A stretch of DNA of 64,000 nucleotides from NCBI GenBank assembly GCA_963706595.1, contig OY970166.1, forward strand, positions 5,024,001 to 5,088,000. Reading direction: 5' to 3'. Source of the DNA: an uncultured cyanobacterium (GTDB lineage Bacteria > Cyanobacteriota > Cyanobacteriia > Cyanobacteriales > Nostocaceae). Position 1 is the first letter of the stretch; the number at the start of each line of letters is the position of its first letter. The translations under genes were made by a program, and so were the position numbers. Shown here in pieces: positions 42,150 through 53,005 of the stretch. The notes beneath the pieces were generated by a model. The model was not told the DNA's origin. It ran no database searches and saw only the letters and a program-made list of their open reading frames with translations.

Positions 42150-43142
42150 ATGAGAAAGCTTTACTTCTTAGTTCCAGGTACTCATGGCAAATTTGCCTGT
42201 GGTGGACTTTGGGCAGAATTAAAAACAGTTAAACTAGCGCAGCAAATCTGTAGTGCTGATGTCGTCACTTATCGCCAAAGAGAAACAGACCAACTGTTTA
42301 TTGATGATGTGCTGACCGAAAAAAATTTAAATGAAGCAATATTTGTGATTAGCTGGGGATTTGATGTAGCTAAACTAGCTGCCAAGCTCAAGCAATATAA
42401 TGTTGTTTACCATGCCCATAGTGCAGGTTACAAATTTCACCTCCCTGCGAGTATTCCCATTATCACCGTTAGCCGCAACACAATGGGATATTGGGGGCAG
42501 AAATCTCCTAATTCTCTGATTTATTATTTGCCCAATCAAATTAGTCACGAATTTGACAATTTACATCTTCAGCGAGATATTGATATTTTAGTTCAAGCCC
42601 GAAAATCTTCTGAGTATTTAATGCAAGAATTGATTCCGGCTTTGCGGCAACAGTGTCAAGTAAAATTAGTCGATTCTTATGTAGAAGATTTACCAGGGCT
42701 ATTTAATCAAGCCAAGATTTACCTGTATGACTCTGCTGAATATTGGGCGCAACAGCTTGTGAGTGAAGGCTTTGGACTACAACCAATGGAAGCCTTGGCT
42801 TGTGGCTGTCAGGTTTTTTCCAGTGTCAACGGTGGACTTTCAGATTATTTAGATCCGGGATTTAATTGCTATAAAATTGCCGGATACTCAAAAGAGTATG
42901 ATATTCAACGCATTATCAAGGTGCTGAAATCCTCACAAACTATCGACTTACCAGAAGAGTTTTTTGCCGAGTATCGAACGGAAAATATTATCCAACGACT
43001 CCAAGTAATTTTGGCGGAATTAAACGAATTTTTTGATCACAAAATTCATTTTTTCGGCAATATTCAGAATTTGTCGCCAACTCGTGTGGCAAAACTACGC
43101 ATTCAGAGCATATATAAAAAAGTCAGGCAAAGGCTTTTTTAG
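42150..43142 (+). CDS. glycosyltransferase (GT-B / family 4-like)
   Basis: EGFGLQPMEALACG motif; start placed at MRKLYF. Confidence 0.82.
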   Translation: MRKLYFLVPGTHGKFACGGLWAELKTVKLAQQICSADVVTYRQRETDQLFIDDVLTEKNLNEAIFVISWGFDVAKLAAKLKQYNVVYHAHSAGYKFHLPASIPIITVSRNTMGYWGQKSPNSLIYYLPNQISHEFDNLHLQRDIDILVQARKSSEYLMQELIPALRQQCQVKLVDSYVEDLPGLFNQAKIYLYDSAEYWAQQLVSEGFGLQPMEALACGCQVFSSVNGGLSDYLDPGFNCYKIAGYSKEYDIQRIIKVLKSSQTIDLPEEFFAEYRTENIIQRLQVILAELNEFFDHKIHFFGNIQNLSPTRVAKLRIQSIYKKVRQRLF

Positions 43143-43568
43143 GAAATCTTGCCCTGAATATAATTAATCTCTGTATGATTTTACTACAAACTGGATTAGA
43201 TGTAAAATGTATAGTACAACGCAATTATCAATAAAACCTATCCTAGCTGACGCAAATTGCCATCATCAGTTTTATTTATGATTAAAAAGCAAATAAAAAG
43301 ATTTTTTTAATGTTCAAGTATTCTGGTATACATTTAGCATAAATAAAACTATTCAAAATCATCAGTTTGTCTCAAGTTTCATCTGAATTAGCGTCTGAAT
43401 TATCACTTTATATAAGTTATATTTAATTCTCCCCAGCAACTGGCTGTTACGAAAACTGTAACAGCCCAAAACATCGGTTGTTCTAAATGCAATAGTAAAC
43501 AAACGAAATATAATTTAGCGTCCATTTTATATAGACAGCTAAAAACGTTGGGCAAACGAGGTACCAGA

Positions 43569-44897
43569 ATGAATCGGCAGAAACTAAGTGGTGTGGAAAA
43601 AAAATTCCTACAAAGACGTTATGGTGTGAGTCTGGGAAGACGTTACGTTTTAGCAGCAGCTAGTGTGGTTCTGTTCGGTGTATTAGGCTGTTCCCAGGTT
43701 AGTGGTAATACAAATCCCCTGTCACAATCTGATTTACTTCATGCAGAGACTCGATTGCCAAAAAAAACTTTAATTTCTGATGCCAAACTGGTGGATGCTA
43801 ATAATAAATTTGGCTTCAAACTGTTTTCCGAAGTTTTGAAAAATAACAGTAGTGAAGAGAACATTTTTGTTTCTCCTTCAAGTGTCGCGATCGCGCTGGC
43901 TATGGCATATAATGGAGCCAGTGGTTCTACTCAACAAGCAATGGCTAAAACCCTAGAATTACAGGGGATGAGTCTACCAGAAATTAACTCTGCTTACGCC
44001 ACATTAAAAGAGTTATTAGAAAATCCTGACCCGCAAGTGCAACTGACTATTGCTAACTCCCTATGGGCAAATAAAGCAGCTACTTTGCAGCCTAATTTTC
44101 TCAAAAGCACTCAGGATTTCTACAAAGCCAAGGTTACGAATTTAGACTTTAAAGATGCCGACTCTGCCAATACTATCAATCAGTGGGTGCAAGATAGTAC
44201 GCGGGGGAAAATTAACAAAATAGTTGACCAAATTGAACCTGATCAGGTATTGTTTTTGATTAACGCCATATATTTTAAAGGGCAATGGAGTAATCAGTTT
44301 GATAAATCACAAACTGCTGAACATCCTTTTAAATCAACATCTGGAAAACAGAAGCAACACCCGATGATGTCGCAAACTGGCGAATATAGATACTATGAAA
44401 ACGACCAGTTTCAGGCGGTGAGTTTACCTTATGGCGAAGATGGCAAAGTCAGCTTTTATATCTTCTTGCCGAAAGAGGAATCTAACCTCCAAACCTTTTA
44501 TCAAAACTTGAATTTTGAGAACTGGGAAAAATGGATGTCTCAGTTGCGAAATCAGGATGGATTTATTCGCTTACCCCGCTTTAAAACAGATTATGATGTC
44601 ACACTCAATGATGCACTGAAGGCTTTAGGTATGGCAGAAGCTTTTAGCAATCAAGCCAATTTTTCCGGTATGGGTGAAAATCTAAAAATTAGTGAAGTTA
44701 AACATAAAACATTTGTTGAGGTAAACGAAGAAGGTACAGAAGCCGCCGCCGCCACATCAGTAGGAATGGTACCAACATCTTTTAGAGAAAAACTAGAACC
44801 TTTCCGCATGATTGTTGATCGTCCCTTTTTCTCTGCAATTCGAGATAATCAAACAGGCAGTATTTTATTTATGGGTTCCATTACAGACCCCCAGTAG
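43569..44897 (+). CDS. serpin family protein, predicted lipoprotein
   Basis: Lipobox VLGC, NIFVSPSS, NAIYFKG, EEGTEAAAAT hinge, DRPFF. Confidence 0.93.
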   Translation: MNRQKLSGVEKKFLQRRYGVSLGRRYVLAAASVVLFGVLGCSQVSGNTNPLSQSDLLHAETRLPKKTLISDAKLVDANNKFGFKLFSEVLKNNSSEENIFVSPSSVAIALAMAYNGASGSTQQAMAKTLELQGMSLPEINSAYATLKELLENPDPQVQLTIANSLWANKAATLQPNFLKSTQDFYKAKVTNLDFKDADSANTINQWVQDSTRGKINKIVDQIEPDQVLFLINAIYFKGQWSNQFDKSQTAEHPFKSTSGKQKQHPMMSQTGEYRYYENDQFQAVSLPYGEDGKVSFYIFLPKEESNLQTFYQNLNFENWEKWMSQLRNQDGFIRLPRFKTDYDVTLNDALKALGMAEAFSNQANFSGMGENLKISEVKHKTFVEVNEEGTEAAAATSVGMVPTSFREKLEPFRMIVDRPFFSAIRDNQTGSILFMGSITDPQ

Positions 44898-45004
44898 GAA
44901 AGTGCTGATATGAGGAACGAACCGCAAAGGACGCAAAGTACACAAAGAAAGAAATTCAGCGCAGCTTTACACAGCATTGGTATGAGTGCTGAGTAAGTTT
45001 CTTT

Positions 45005-45040
45005 CCCCCACTCCCTACTCCCTACTCCCCACTCCCCACT
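45005..45040. repeat. STRR (CCCCACT / CCCTACT)n
   Basis: Tandem heptamers abutting the AI-2E stop codon. Confidence 0.85.
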
Positions 45041-46199
45041 AAGGTAATCCCGGTTCCGAAACACCCAGAGAATTGTGAGGTTCAGATGTTGGTGATTTTT
45101 CTGTAACAACGGGTGCTGGTTTCTCTTCCGCTTCATTATTCAGCCCTTGAGGACGCAAGGCTGTTAAAGCCGTCTTAATAATTACAGCAGTGGGTACTGC
45201 CACAATTACCCCTAAAAGTCCACCAACTCTTGCCCCGGTCAGCACTGAAATTAGTATCCAAACTGGGTTTAAACCAGTAAAGCTACCTAAAATTCGGGGT
45301 GCAATTAAGTTTTCTAAAATTTGCTGCACGATTACAGCTGCGATTAAAACTTTAACTCCCATTGAGAAATCTTGCAGCGCGACTAGGGAGGTAGTCAGGG
45401 CTATACCTACCGAACCGCCAAAGGGAACCAGCGCCATGATGCCAATAGTTAAGCCAAATAACAACCCAAATGGCACTTTCAGCCATAAAAAGGTCGGAAT
45501 TAGGGCTGATGCCATACAGGTAGATAAAATTAGTTGGGTGATGAAAAAGTTTTGGAAACTCAGGCGGACTGTTTTAGAGAACGGGGCGCGAAATTTGGTA
45601 GGTAGCCATTCTACTAAACTCTGCCAGAGTTCACCGCCATGCTGCAAAAGGTAGAAAGTCAAAACCATTGTCAGGAGGAAATCTAGCAGGCTGGTGAATG
45701 TCACCACTGCTAAATTTAACACTTGTCCGGCGATCGCTTGCAATTGACTCTTGACGCGATCGTTAATTTGGACTACAAGAGCATCAAGGTTAATTGGTAA
45801 ATTCAGGGTTTCTGCTTTCTCATTTAACATCATTAACTGAGAACGGCCAGAGTCGATTAACTCTGGTAATCGCGCCACCAATTGCTGGGCTTGGGTGAGG
45901 GCGAGGGGAAACAGGGTGACACCCAGCGCTAACAGCACCGATAAGGCGATCAAAAACACTAAAATGGCAACTTGTTCTCGCCTAGCACCTTGACGCTCCA
46001 TCCAGCTTACCGGATAGTTGAGTAGAAATGCTAGAACTGAAGCTCCCACTAAAATAGCTATTAAGGAGTGGAAATAATGGAAAATAGCCGAAATCGCCCA
46101 ACCATTGAGAACTAAAATGGGGGCGCATAACGCGATCGCCCCAATGCGCGCTATGGGTGTAAATGTCTGCCACCAGTTGAGTAGCTTGCGTGTCTGCAT
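45039..46199 (-). CDS. AI-2E family transporter
   Basis: Multi-TM protein; QQILENLIAPRILG..GLNP, GLLGVIVAVP. Confidence 0.9.
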   Translation of the reverse strand: MQTRKLLNWWQTFTPIARIGAIALCAPILVLNGWAISAIFHYFHSLIAILVGASVLAFLLNYPVSWMERQGARREQVAILVFLIALSVLLALGVTLFPLALTQAQQLVARLPELIDSGRSQLMMLNEKAETLNLPINLDALVVQINDRVKSQLQAIAGQVLNLAVVTFTSLLDFLLTMVLTFYLLQHGGELWQSLVEWLPTKFRAPFSKTVRLSFQNFFITQLILSTCMASALIPTFLWLKVPFGLLFGLTIGIMALVPFGGSVGIALTTSLVALQDFSMGVKVLIAAVIVQQILENLIAPRILGSFTGLNPVWILISVLTGARVGGLLGVIVAVPTAVIIKTALTALRPQGLNNEAEEKPAPVVTEKSPTSEPHNSLGVSEPGLP

Positions 46200-46307
46200 C
46201 TTTAGCCGATTGCGGGATAGAACAAAATCAAATCTGTATCCATAGCTTATTATCTCTAACTACGTCATTAAAATTCATCTGTCTAGCTTAGGATTGGACT
46301 CAGACCA

Positions 46308-46700
46308 ATGGAAAACCTTGAACCAATTGAAAATTCCCAGTACACTCAAAACACAGCTACTTCCAAGAGACAGTTGCTTTTGTATCTAATTCCAGTCATT
46401 GGCTTTTTTCCATCCTTGTGGACTCTCTATCGCCACAGGGGAAGTCGGGAACAACTGGTTGTGAGTCGCCTGTCTATTACTTTGGCATTTACTTGGCTAT
46501 TGGGGTATTTTTTATTAGCAACTGGAACCGCGACTTCAGAATTTTTCACATTACGGATGTTAATCCTCAATAGTTTTCTGACATCTGGTTACTTTTTAGT
46601 CAGTGTTTGGCTAATTATTCGAGTCATTCAGGGGAAATCTCACCGTTTATCAGGGTTAAGTAGCTTTGCCGAACGAGTGTTGGGGAAGTATTTGTCTTAA
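46308..46700 (+). CDS. hypothetical membrane protein
   Basis: Three hydrophobic segments; plausible ORF. Confidence 0.65.
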   Translation: MENLEPIENSQYTQNTATSKRQLLLYLIPVIGFFPSLWTLYRHRGSREQLVVSRLSITLAFTWLLGYFLLATGTATSEFFTLRMLILNSFLTSGYFLVSVWLIIRVIQGKSHRLSGLSSFAERVLGKYLS

Positions 46701-46976
46701 TTTTGGCAAATTATTCCATTTGTTTAATCGTATTTTTACTGATTTTTTACCCAAATGCCACCTGATCTTCTATGAGGTCTAGTCAAAGTAACATATTGTT
46801 GTCATACTTCAATAAATTGTCTCCGGATTGGCCACCAACCAAGAGAAATCCTGGTATAAGTATTTTGGTTAACAAAACAGAAACAAGTCAGTAATGTTAA
46901 TTAAACGTTCATTTATGTAAGTTAGTTTGGTTGCTTAATAATTAGTCAGAAAATTTACCGAGTTTGATCAGTAAGT

Positions 46977-48401
46977 GTGAGGAAGTCTGTGACCAGTCAA
47001 AGAACTTCGGCGAAAGAAAAGCAGTTAGCGAAAGCCCTCAAATCGAAAAAGAAACATTCCCTCAACTCTAAGTCTGGACGTTGGCTGTGGTTCTGGCTGG
47101 GTATGAGTGGGATTGCAATGGTGTCAGCAACAGCAGGGGCGCTGTTAGCGGTTTCTTTGACCGATACCCCATTGCAGCAAGCACAGTTAAGTCCCCAGGA
47201 GGAGGCGGTTTTTGATGGCGATCGCATCTCTGGTAGTGGATTACGGTTCTCAGAATTAACTCGCCCCGTTAATCTCTTAGTAATGGGGATGAGCGTACTT
47301 CCATCTGACATTAATAATCCTCCTCTGGAATTGCAAAATCTGGGCTATGAACCCCAGGTAAATTCTTTTGATGGGCTGGCTGATGTGATGATCTTAATCA
47401 AATTCGATCCAGCCACAAAAAAAATAGCCATGCTGTCAATTCCCCGAGATACTCGGACAGAAGTTATTGGGTATGGAGTGAAAAAACTTAATGCTGCTAA
47501 TGTCGATGGGGGGCCAGCCTTAGCTGCCAAAAGTGTAAGTAATCTCCTGGGTGATGTCGCCATTGATCGCTATATCCGCATTAATGTTCTGGGTGTTGGC
47601 AAACTAATTGATGCTTTGGGTGGGGTGACAGTACACGTTCCCAAGGATTTAAAATACCAAGATGACTCCCAACGCCTATATATCAATTTAAAAGCAGGTA
47701 AACAGCATCTCAACGGCGATCAGGCTTTGCAACTATTACGCTTTCGCCATGACGAACTCGGAGACATTGGTCGGGTTCAACGTCAACAAATGCTGATGCG
47801 AGCCTTGATGGATCAGACTCTTAACCCGGCAACAGTCACCCAAGTGCCTAAAGTTCTCAACGTAGTTAAAGACAATATTGATACTAACTTAACAATTGAA
47901 GAATTATTAGCTCTAGCAGGTTTTGGCGTGCGAACGAACCGTGCCAATATGCAGATGTTCATGTTACCAGGTCGTTTTAGCCAACAGAATGAGTATATTG
48001 CCAGCTATTGGCTACCAGATAAAACTGGTATTTCTCGCATGATGTCTCAACACTTTGGTCTGGAATTAACTCGTGAACTCAGACAGGTGAATTTACGCTC
48101 GATGCGAGTCTACATTCAAGATAGTACAGGAAGCGATCGCTCTGAACTCATGCCTTTAATTAGAACTTTAGAAGAATTCGGATATCGCAAAATCCAGGTG
48201 TATCAACCTTGGAATGAACCTCTACAAGTATCTAATATCATCGCCCAGCAAGGAGACAGTGAGAGTGCAGAGTTAATTCGCAGCGCTTTGGGATTTGGGG
48301 AAGTGCGAGTGGAAAGCACTGGTATTATTGATTCTGATGTTACTATCCAACTTGGTCAGGATTGGTTACAACAAAAACGTCTCTTTGAAGCGACTTATTA
48401 A
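46977..48401 (+). CDS. LCP (LytR-CpsA-Psr) family protein with LytR C-terminal domain
   Basis: LSIPRDT, KLNAA, LRFRHDELGDIGRVQRQQ, DVTIQLGQD. Confidence 0.92.
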   Translation: MRKSVTSQRTSAKEKQLAKALKSKKKHSLNSKSGRWLWFWLGMSGIAMVSATAGALLAVSLTDTPLQQAQLSPQEEAVFDGDRISGSGLRFSELTRPVNLLVMGMSVLPSDINNPPLELQNLGYEPQVNSFDGLADVMILIKFDPATKKIAMLSIPRDTRTEVIGYGVKKLNAANVDGGPALAAKSVSNLLGDVAIDRYIRINVLGVGKLIDALGGVTVHVPKDLKYQDDSQRLYINLKAGKQHLNGDQALQLLRFRHDELGDIGRVQRQQMLMRALMDQTLNPATVTQVPKVLNVVKDNIDTNLTIEELLALAGFGVRTNRANMQMFMLPGRFSQQNEYIASYWLPDKTGISRMMSQHFGLELTRELRQVNLRSMRVYIQDSTGSDRSELMPLIRTLEEFGYRKIQVYQPWNEPLQVSNIIAQQGDSESAELIRSALGFGEVRVESTGIIDSDVTIQLGQDWLQQKRLFEATY

Positions 48402-48436
48402 TAGGTATCCCTTCTGTGAGAAATTTTCTAGAAATC

Positions 48437-48464
48437 AAAAGTGCTGAGTTCTCAGCACTTTTTT
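48437..48464 (+). terminator. intrinsic terminator
   Basis: AAAAGTGCTGAG-TT-CTCAGCACTTTTTT. Confidence 0.75.
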
Positions 48465-48531
48465 GTTAAAGGTTTACTTTAACCGGAAATTTTTATAAAA
48501 TGATTTTATCACCAGATTCGCAGAATTATAG

Positions 48532-50262
48532 ATGGATTGGATTACACTACTGCGATCGCTACAGTCTGATTTTATTAAAAGATTAACATCCGGTTTTTTA
48601 CTTCATTGTGAAATAGAAGGTCAATATAGTGAATTAACTGTTATTTCTGGAGACAGGTTAAAGGCATTACGAGAATTTTGCTGGCTGATGGCGGAAAAAT
48701 ACAAACGCACTTCGCCAGTACGTGACGTTTTTATTAACAACCTGAAAGGTAAACTGGGTGAAGAAGTTGTCAAAGAACGTTTAGCTGATTTGATCACAGA
48801 AGTTGATTATGAAACCAAATTCGGCGGCGATGGCAATATTGATTTTACCTTGAATTCTGACTCCAAAATTGGTGTTGAAGTTAAATCCCGTCATGGCAGT
48901 ATAGATAAAGTCAGATGGTCAGTTAGTTCTCAAGAAGTTGCCAAAAATGCAGTTGTAGTTTGCATTTTAATTCAAGAAGAAGTCAACGAAGCCCAACCTG
49001 AATATCACCTGTTTTTAGCTGGCTTTTTGCCCACGCAAATGATTAAGTTAAGAACTGGTAAAATCTCCTTCGGCATCAATCAATTATTATATGGAGGTGG
49101 TTTATGGTGCTATCTAGAACAGTTACAAACTTCTAATAATCATCAAGATTTTTCCTCTAATTCATCTCCAACTTATCAGGTAAATCCTGAGTTTTCACGC
49201 TCTGCTGAACAAGCAACGGGGAACCTAACCCCCCAACCCCCTTCCCTACAAGGGCAGGGGGAGAATTTAAAGCCTCTCTCATTACAAGGTCAGGGGGAGA
49301 ATTCAAAGCCTCTCTCCTTGCAGGAAAGAGGTTTGGAGAGAGGTTTTACAGATGACGTGAAAAGCCAGCAAGATTTAAATATATTTAATATCAAACTGGG
49401 TGATGAATGTTTTGCGAAAGGTGAATATGAGGCGGCAATTAATTACTATAACCAAGCCTTACAACTAAAAGATGATGCTGATATTTATTACAAATTAGGT
49501 TTAAGTTCCTATCAACTAGGAGATTATGAAGCAGCAATTATAAGTTTTTCCCAAACAATTCAGTTAAACTTTAATGATGGCAAAGCATATAATAAAAGAG
49601 GTTTAGCTCGTTATCAACTAGGAAATTATCAAGAAGCAATAGAAGATTATACCCAAGCAATTAGAATTAATCCTCATGTTGCCGTTGCGTATAAAAATCG
49701 GGCTGAAGCTCGTTCTCACATCGGAGATAATCAGGGAGCAATAGAAGATTACACTCAGGCAATCAAAATTAATCCTCATTATGCCGATGCTTACAAAAAC
49801 CAGGGAATTGCCCGTTATTTTATAGAATATCATCAGGGATTTTCTCAGGCAATTAAAGTTAATCCCCAGGATGCCGTTGCTTACAAAAATCGTGCTGATG
49901 CTCGTGCTGATTTAGAAGATTATCAAGGTGCAATTGCCGATTATACTCAAGCTATAAAGATTAAATCCAATTATGTAGATGCTTATTATAACCGTGGTAA
50001 TTCTCATTACGATTTAGGCGATTACGAGGGAGCAATTGAAGATTACACCCAAACTATTAAGATTAATGCTAATTATGCTAATGCCTATTATAACCGTGGT
50101 AATGTTTACTCCGAGCTAGGAGATAAACAGCTAGCAATTGCGGATTTTCGCAAAGCAGCAGATATTTATCGTCGAGAAGGTAAACTAGAAGCCCTTAAAG
50201 ATGCTCGCGAAAGAGTTTCTGATTTAGAAATCGGCGAATCATTAGACATTTTAAATTTCTAA
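48532..50262 (+). CDS. TPR protein with N-terminal PD-(D/E)xK-like domain
   Basis: GKLGEE..DGNIDF..VEVKSR at the N-terminus; multiple C-terminal TPRs. Confidence 0.8.
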   Translation: MDWITLLRSLQSDFIKRLTSGFLLHCEIEGQYSELTVISGDRLKALREFCWLMAEKYKRTSPVRDVFINNLKGKLGEEVVKERLADLITEVDYETKFGGDGNIDFTLNSDSKIGVEVKSRHGSIDKVRWSVSSQEVAKNAVVVCILIQEEVNEAQPEYHLFLAGFLPTQMIKLRTGKISFGINQLLYGGGLWCYLEQLQTSNNHQDFSSNSSPTYQVNPEFSRSAEQATGNLTPQPPSLQGQGENLKPLSLQGQGENSKPLSLQERGLERGFTDDVKSQQDLNIFNIKLGDECFAKGEYEAAINYYNQALQLKDDADIYYKLGLSSYQLGDYEAAIISFSQTIQLNFNDGKAYNKRGLARYQLGNYQEAIEDYTQAIRINPHVAVAYKNRAEARSHIGDNQGAIEDYTQAIKINPHYADAYKNQGIARYFIEYHQGFSQAIKVNPQDAVAYKNRADARADLEDYQGAIADYTQAIKIKSNYVDAYYNRGNSHYDLGDYEGAIEDYTQTIKINANYANAYYNRGNVYSELGDKQLAIADFRKAADIYRREGKLEALKDARERVSDLEIGESLDILNF

Positions 50263-50515
50263 ATTTTTGCGTCCCTTGTAGAGACGCGATTTATCGCGTC
50301 TTCTTACTGAACAGGAATATCACAGCGAAGCTACGGTATACGCACAAGTCAGCAAAGAGACCCCACCCCTAACCCCTCCCCGCAAGCGAGGAGGGGAACT
50401 AGATTTACGCTTAAATTTGGTTTTTAGGACTTTTCACACATCTGCTAAGAAAGAAATGGTATTAGCATTTGCGCTCAAGCGCAACTACAAACTAGGATAA
50501 TTTATTCATGCTGAT

Positions 50516-51961
50516 TTACTGAGCCGCTTTAAAATAACCGTGAAAACTATGAGGAATCACACTAGGTAAACCCAATCGACACACGGGTTCTGCATCTAGG
50601 CGATCGCTCTCAAATACCCAAACTTCGCTACTATGAGAATTACCATCATAAACCACTGTCAAAACCCAACTTTGTTCAGAGTTTTGGACATCTTGCACAG
50701 GTAAAGCTTCGGAAGGATAGCAATTTTCTGGTAAATTAGCTTCAGTGAAAGTTTCAGTCTGATGATCGAACCGTCCAAAGGTATTTAATATTTCTTGACT
50801 AATATCTGTGCCTTCTCGGAATGACGACATATAGGTATAACGGGAAGCTTTCCCTATATTTGGCTTCGGGACATGAGGAAATTCACAACTTCTGTCTGAT
50901 AGTTGCTGAATTGAGGTCACTTTAGCAGTTTGGGGTTGCAGATGAACTCGCGTCAGGGTACTTTTAGCTGGAGTGTGAGTTTTTCCTGTAACTACTTCTC
51001 GCAGATATTGATTTGTCTGGAAATCTTGATAACGGGCGAAATCTACCACCACAGCACCACTAGCATCTACATAACCATTACCAAAATGCCATTGATACCA
51101 AGGTTCAGTTTCTCCACGACTTACCAAAGATAAGGTTTCACGGTCGAATACTAAAATCTGAGTCCCCAGTTCCGGTTTCCACTGAAAAGCATCACAGTAG
51201 GTGCTGATACCTGCTATCACAGGAACGAGATTTAAGCGCAGCGCCGGAATGAAAAATATCAAATATTGTCCTGCTAAAACAAAATCGTGAATTAATGGCA
51301 CACCTTGTAATTTCACTTCAGCTTTTTGAATGATTTTGCCAGTAAAGTCACTTTTATAAACATTTAGCATCGCATTCAGTCCGGGACTGACACCAAAGTT
51401 AAAAATTTCCCCAGTTTGGTAATCCACTTTCGGATGAGCAGAATAGGCTAATCCTTGATTCAAACCATCTAAATCATCCAAACCTCGTGTTTCTAAGGTC
51501 TGGAGGTCAAGAGAATGGGGATTTCCACCTTCCCAAAGTGCCAAAAGCTTGTCAGGTAATGGGAGGACTGAAGTATTAGCAACATTCTTGACTGGTTTGA
51601 GCCACTGATTCCAAACAGGTCCGGGTGCAGTCATGCCATAATTACCGTAAAGCAGTTTACCAGCTGCGGCTTCTTCTTGATAGCCAACAGTCTGCACATA
51701 ACGATAAACTCCTGTAACACCTGCATCGGTAAAATTAACCGCCAAAATTGCGCCATCACCATCAAACCAGTGTCCCACAGGAATACCACCACGTTCTAAC
51801 CGTCCTGGTCCATTGCGGTAGAGTGTACCGCGCAAGCCTTCAGGGACTTTTCCACAGAGAATGGGTAAGGGGGTAAGGGGAAATTCTTTTGCAGGTTGAG
51901 CGATCGCACCTGCCCAGGTTTTATGAGTTAATGATGGAATAGTTGTTGTCATAATTTTCAT
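50516..51961 (-). CDS. carotenoid cleavage oxygenase family protein
   Basis: GTLYRNGPG, HWFDGDG, and four Fe-binding His (SAHPK, IHDF, WHFGN, HSFHG). Confidence 0.93.
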   Translation of the reverse strand: MKIMTTTIPSLTHKTWAGAIAQPAKEFPLTPLPILCGKVPEGLRGTLYRNGPGRLERGGIPVGHWFDGDGAILAVNFTDAGVTGVYRYVQTVGYQEEAAAGKLLYGNYGMTAPGPVWNQWLKPVKNVANTSVLPLPDKLLALWEGGNPHSLDLQTLETRGLDDLDGLNQGLAYSAHPKVDYQTGEIFNFGVSPGLNAMLNVYKSDFTGKIIQKAEVKLQGVPLIHDFVLAGQYLIFFIPALRLNLVPVIAGISTYCDAFQWKPELGTQILVFDRETLSLVSRGETEPWYQWHFGNGYVDASGAVVVDFARYQDFQTNQYLREVVTGKTHTPAKSTLTRVHLQPQTAKVTSIQQLSDRSCEFPHVPKPNIGKASRYTYMSSFREGTDISQEILNTFGRFDHQTETFTEANLPENCYPSEALPVQDVQNSEQSWVLTVVYDGNSHSSEVWVFESDRLDAEPVCRLGLPSVIPHSFHGYFKAAQ

Positions 51962-52080
51962 GGAAAAGGAATAATATTAGCAAAACCCTGAATCAATCCC
52001 AAAAAAGTTCCGCAGTTCTGCAACTAACGATATATTTTTAAAATCTAACCCAAACAAAATCACTGTTTTTTGTTGAATCT

Positions 52081-52893
52081 ATGAAATCTTATTTAGCCGC
52101 CGCTATTCAAATGACCAGTGTATCCAATTTACACAAAAACTTAGTCCAGGCAGAAGAACTAATTGACTTGGCTGTGCGTCGAGGTGCTGAATTAGTGGGA
52201 TTACCAGAAAACTTTTCTTATATGGGAGAAGAGAAAGATAAACTCGCACAAGCTGACGAAATTTACCGTGAATCTGCCCAATTTCTCAAAAAAATGGCGC
52301 AGCGCTACCAAGTGACAATTTTGGGCGGTAGCTTTCCAGTTCCTGTAGAAAATACAGGCAAAGTTTATAACACTACAATCCTGATTGACCCCAGTGGCGA
52401 AGAACTCTCCCGTTATTATAAAGTACACTTATTTGATGTTAACGTCCCCGACGGCAACACTTATCGAGAATCTAGCACTGTTGTAGCTGGTAAGGAACTT
52501 CCCGTAGTTTATTTTTCAGAACAACTGGGTAATATTGGACTTTCTGTTTGTTACGATGTCCGTTTTCCGGAATTGTACCGACATTTGTCAGATAAAGGCG
52601 CAGATGTGATGTTTGTGCCGGCGGCTTTTACAGCTTTCACGGGTAAAGACCACTGGCAAGTATTATTACAAGCCAGAGCTATTGAAAATACTGCCTACGT
52701 AATTGCACCTGCTCAAGTTGGCAATAATTACGACCGTCGCCACACCCACGGACACGCGATGATTATCGACCCTTGGGGTGTAATTTTAGCTGATGCTGGT
52801 GAAAAACCGGGAATTGCGATCGCCGAAATTAAACCCTCTCGTTTGGAACAGGTTCGCCGTCAAATGCCGTCCCTAGAACATCGGGTATTCTAA
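52081..52893 (+). CDS. carbon-nitrogen hydrolase (Nit1 / deaminated glutathione amidase-like)
   Basis: LPE, YYKVHLFD, VCYDVRFPE catalytic triad, ARAIEN. Confidence 0.92.
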   Translation: MKSYLAAAIQMTSVSNLHKNLVQAEELIDLAVRRGAELVGLPENFSYMGEEKDKLAQADEIYRESAQFLKKMAQRYQVTILGGSFPVPVENTGKVYNTTILIDPSGEELSRYYKVHLFDVNVPDGNTYRESSTVVAGKELPVVYFSEQLGNIGLSVCYDVRFPELYRHLSDKGADVMFVPAAFTAFTGKDHWQVLLQARAIENTAYVIAPAQVGNNYDRRHTHGHAMIIDPWGVILADAGEKPGIAIAEIKPSRLEQVRRQMPSLEHRVF

Positions 52894-52902
52894 ATATTGA
52901 AC

Positions 52903-52992
52903 GGAGACGCGATGAATCAAGACGCGATGAATCGTGGAGACGCGATAAATCAAGACGCGATGAATCAAGACGCGATGAATCGCGTCTCTACA
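52903..52992. repeat. tandem array of REP half-units (AGACGCGATRAATC)x5
   Basis: Five units, the last closed by GCGTCTCTACA. Confidence 0.85.
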
Positions 52993-53005
52993 AGAGTGAA
53001 GATTT

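Noticed and set aside
52903..52992. Possible CRISPR array
   Set aside because: 14-bp units with 1-4-bp gaps, no unique spacers and no cas genes; it is a REP-derived array
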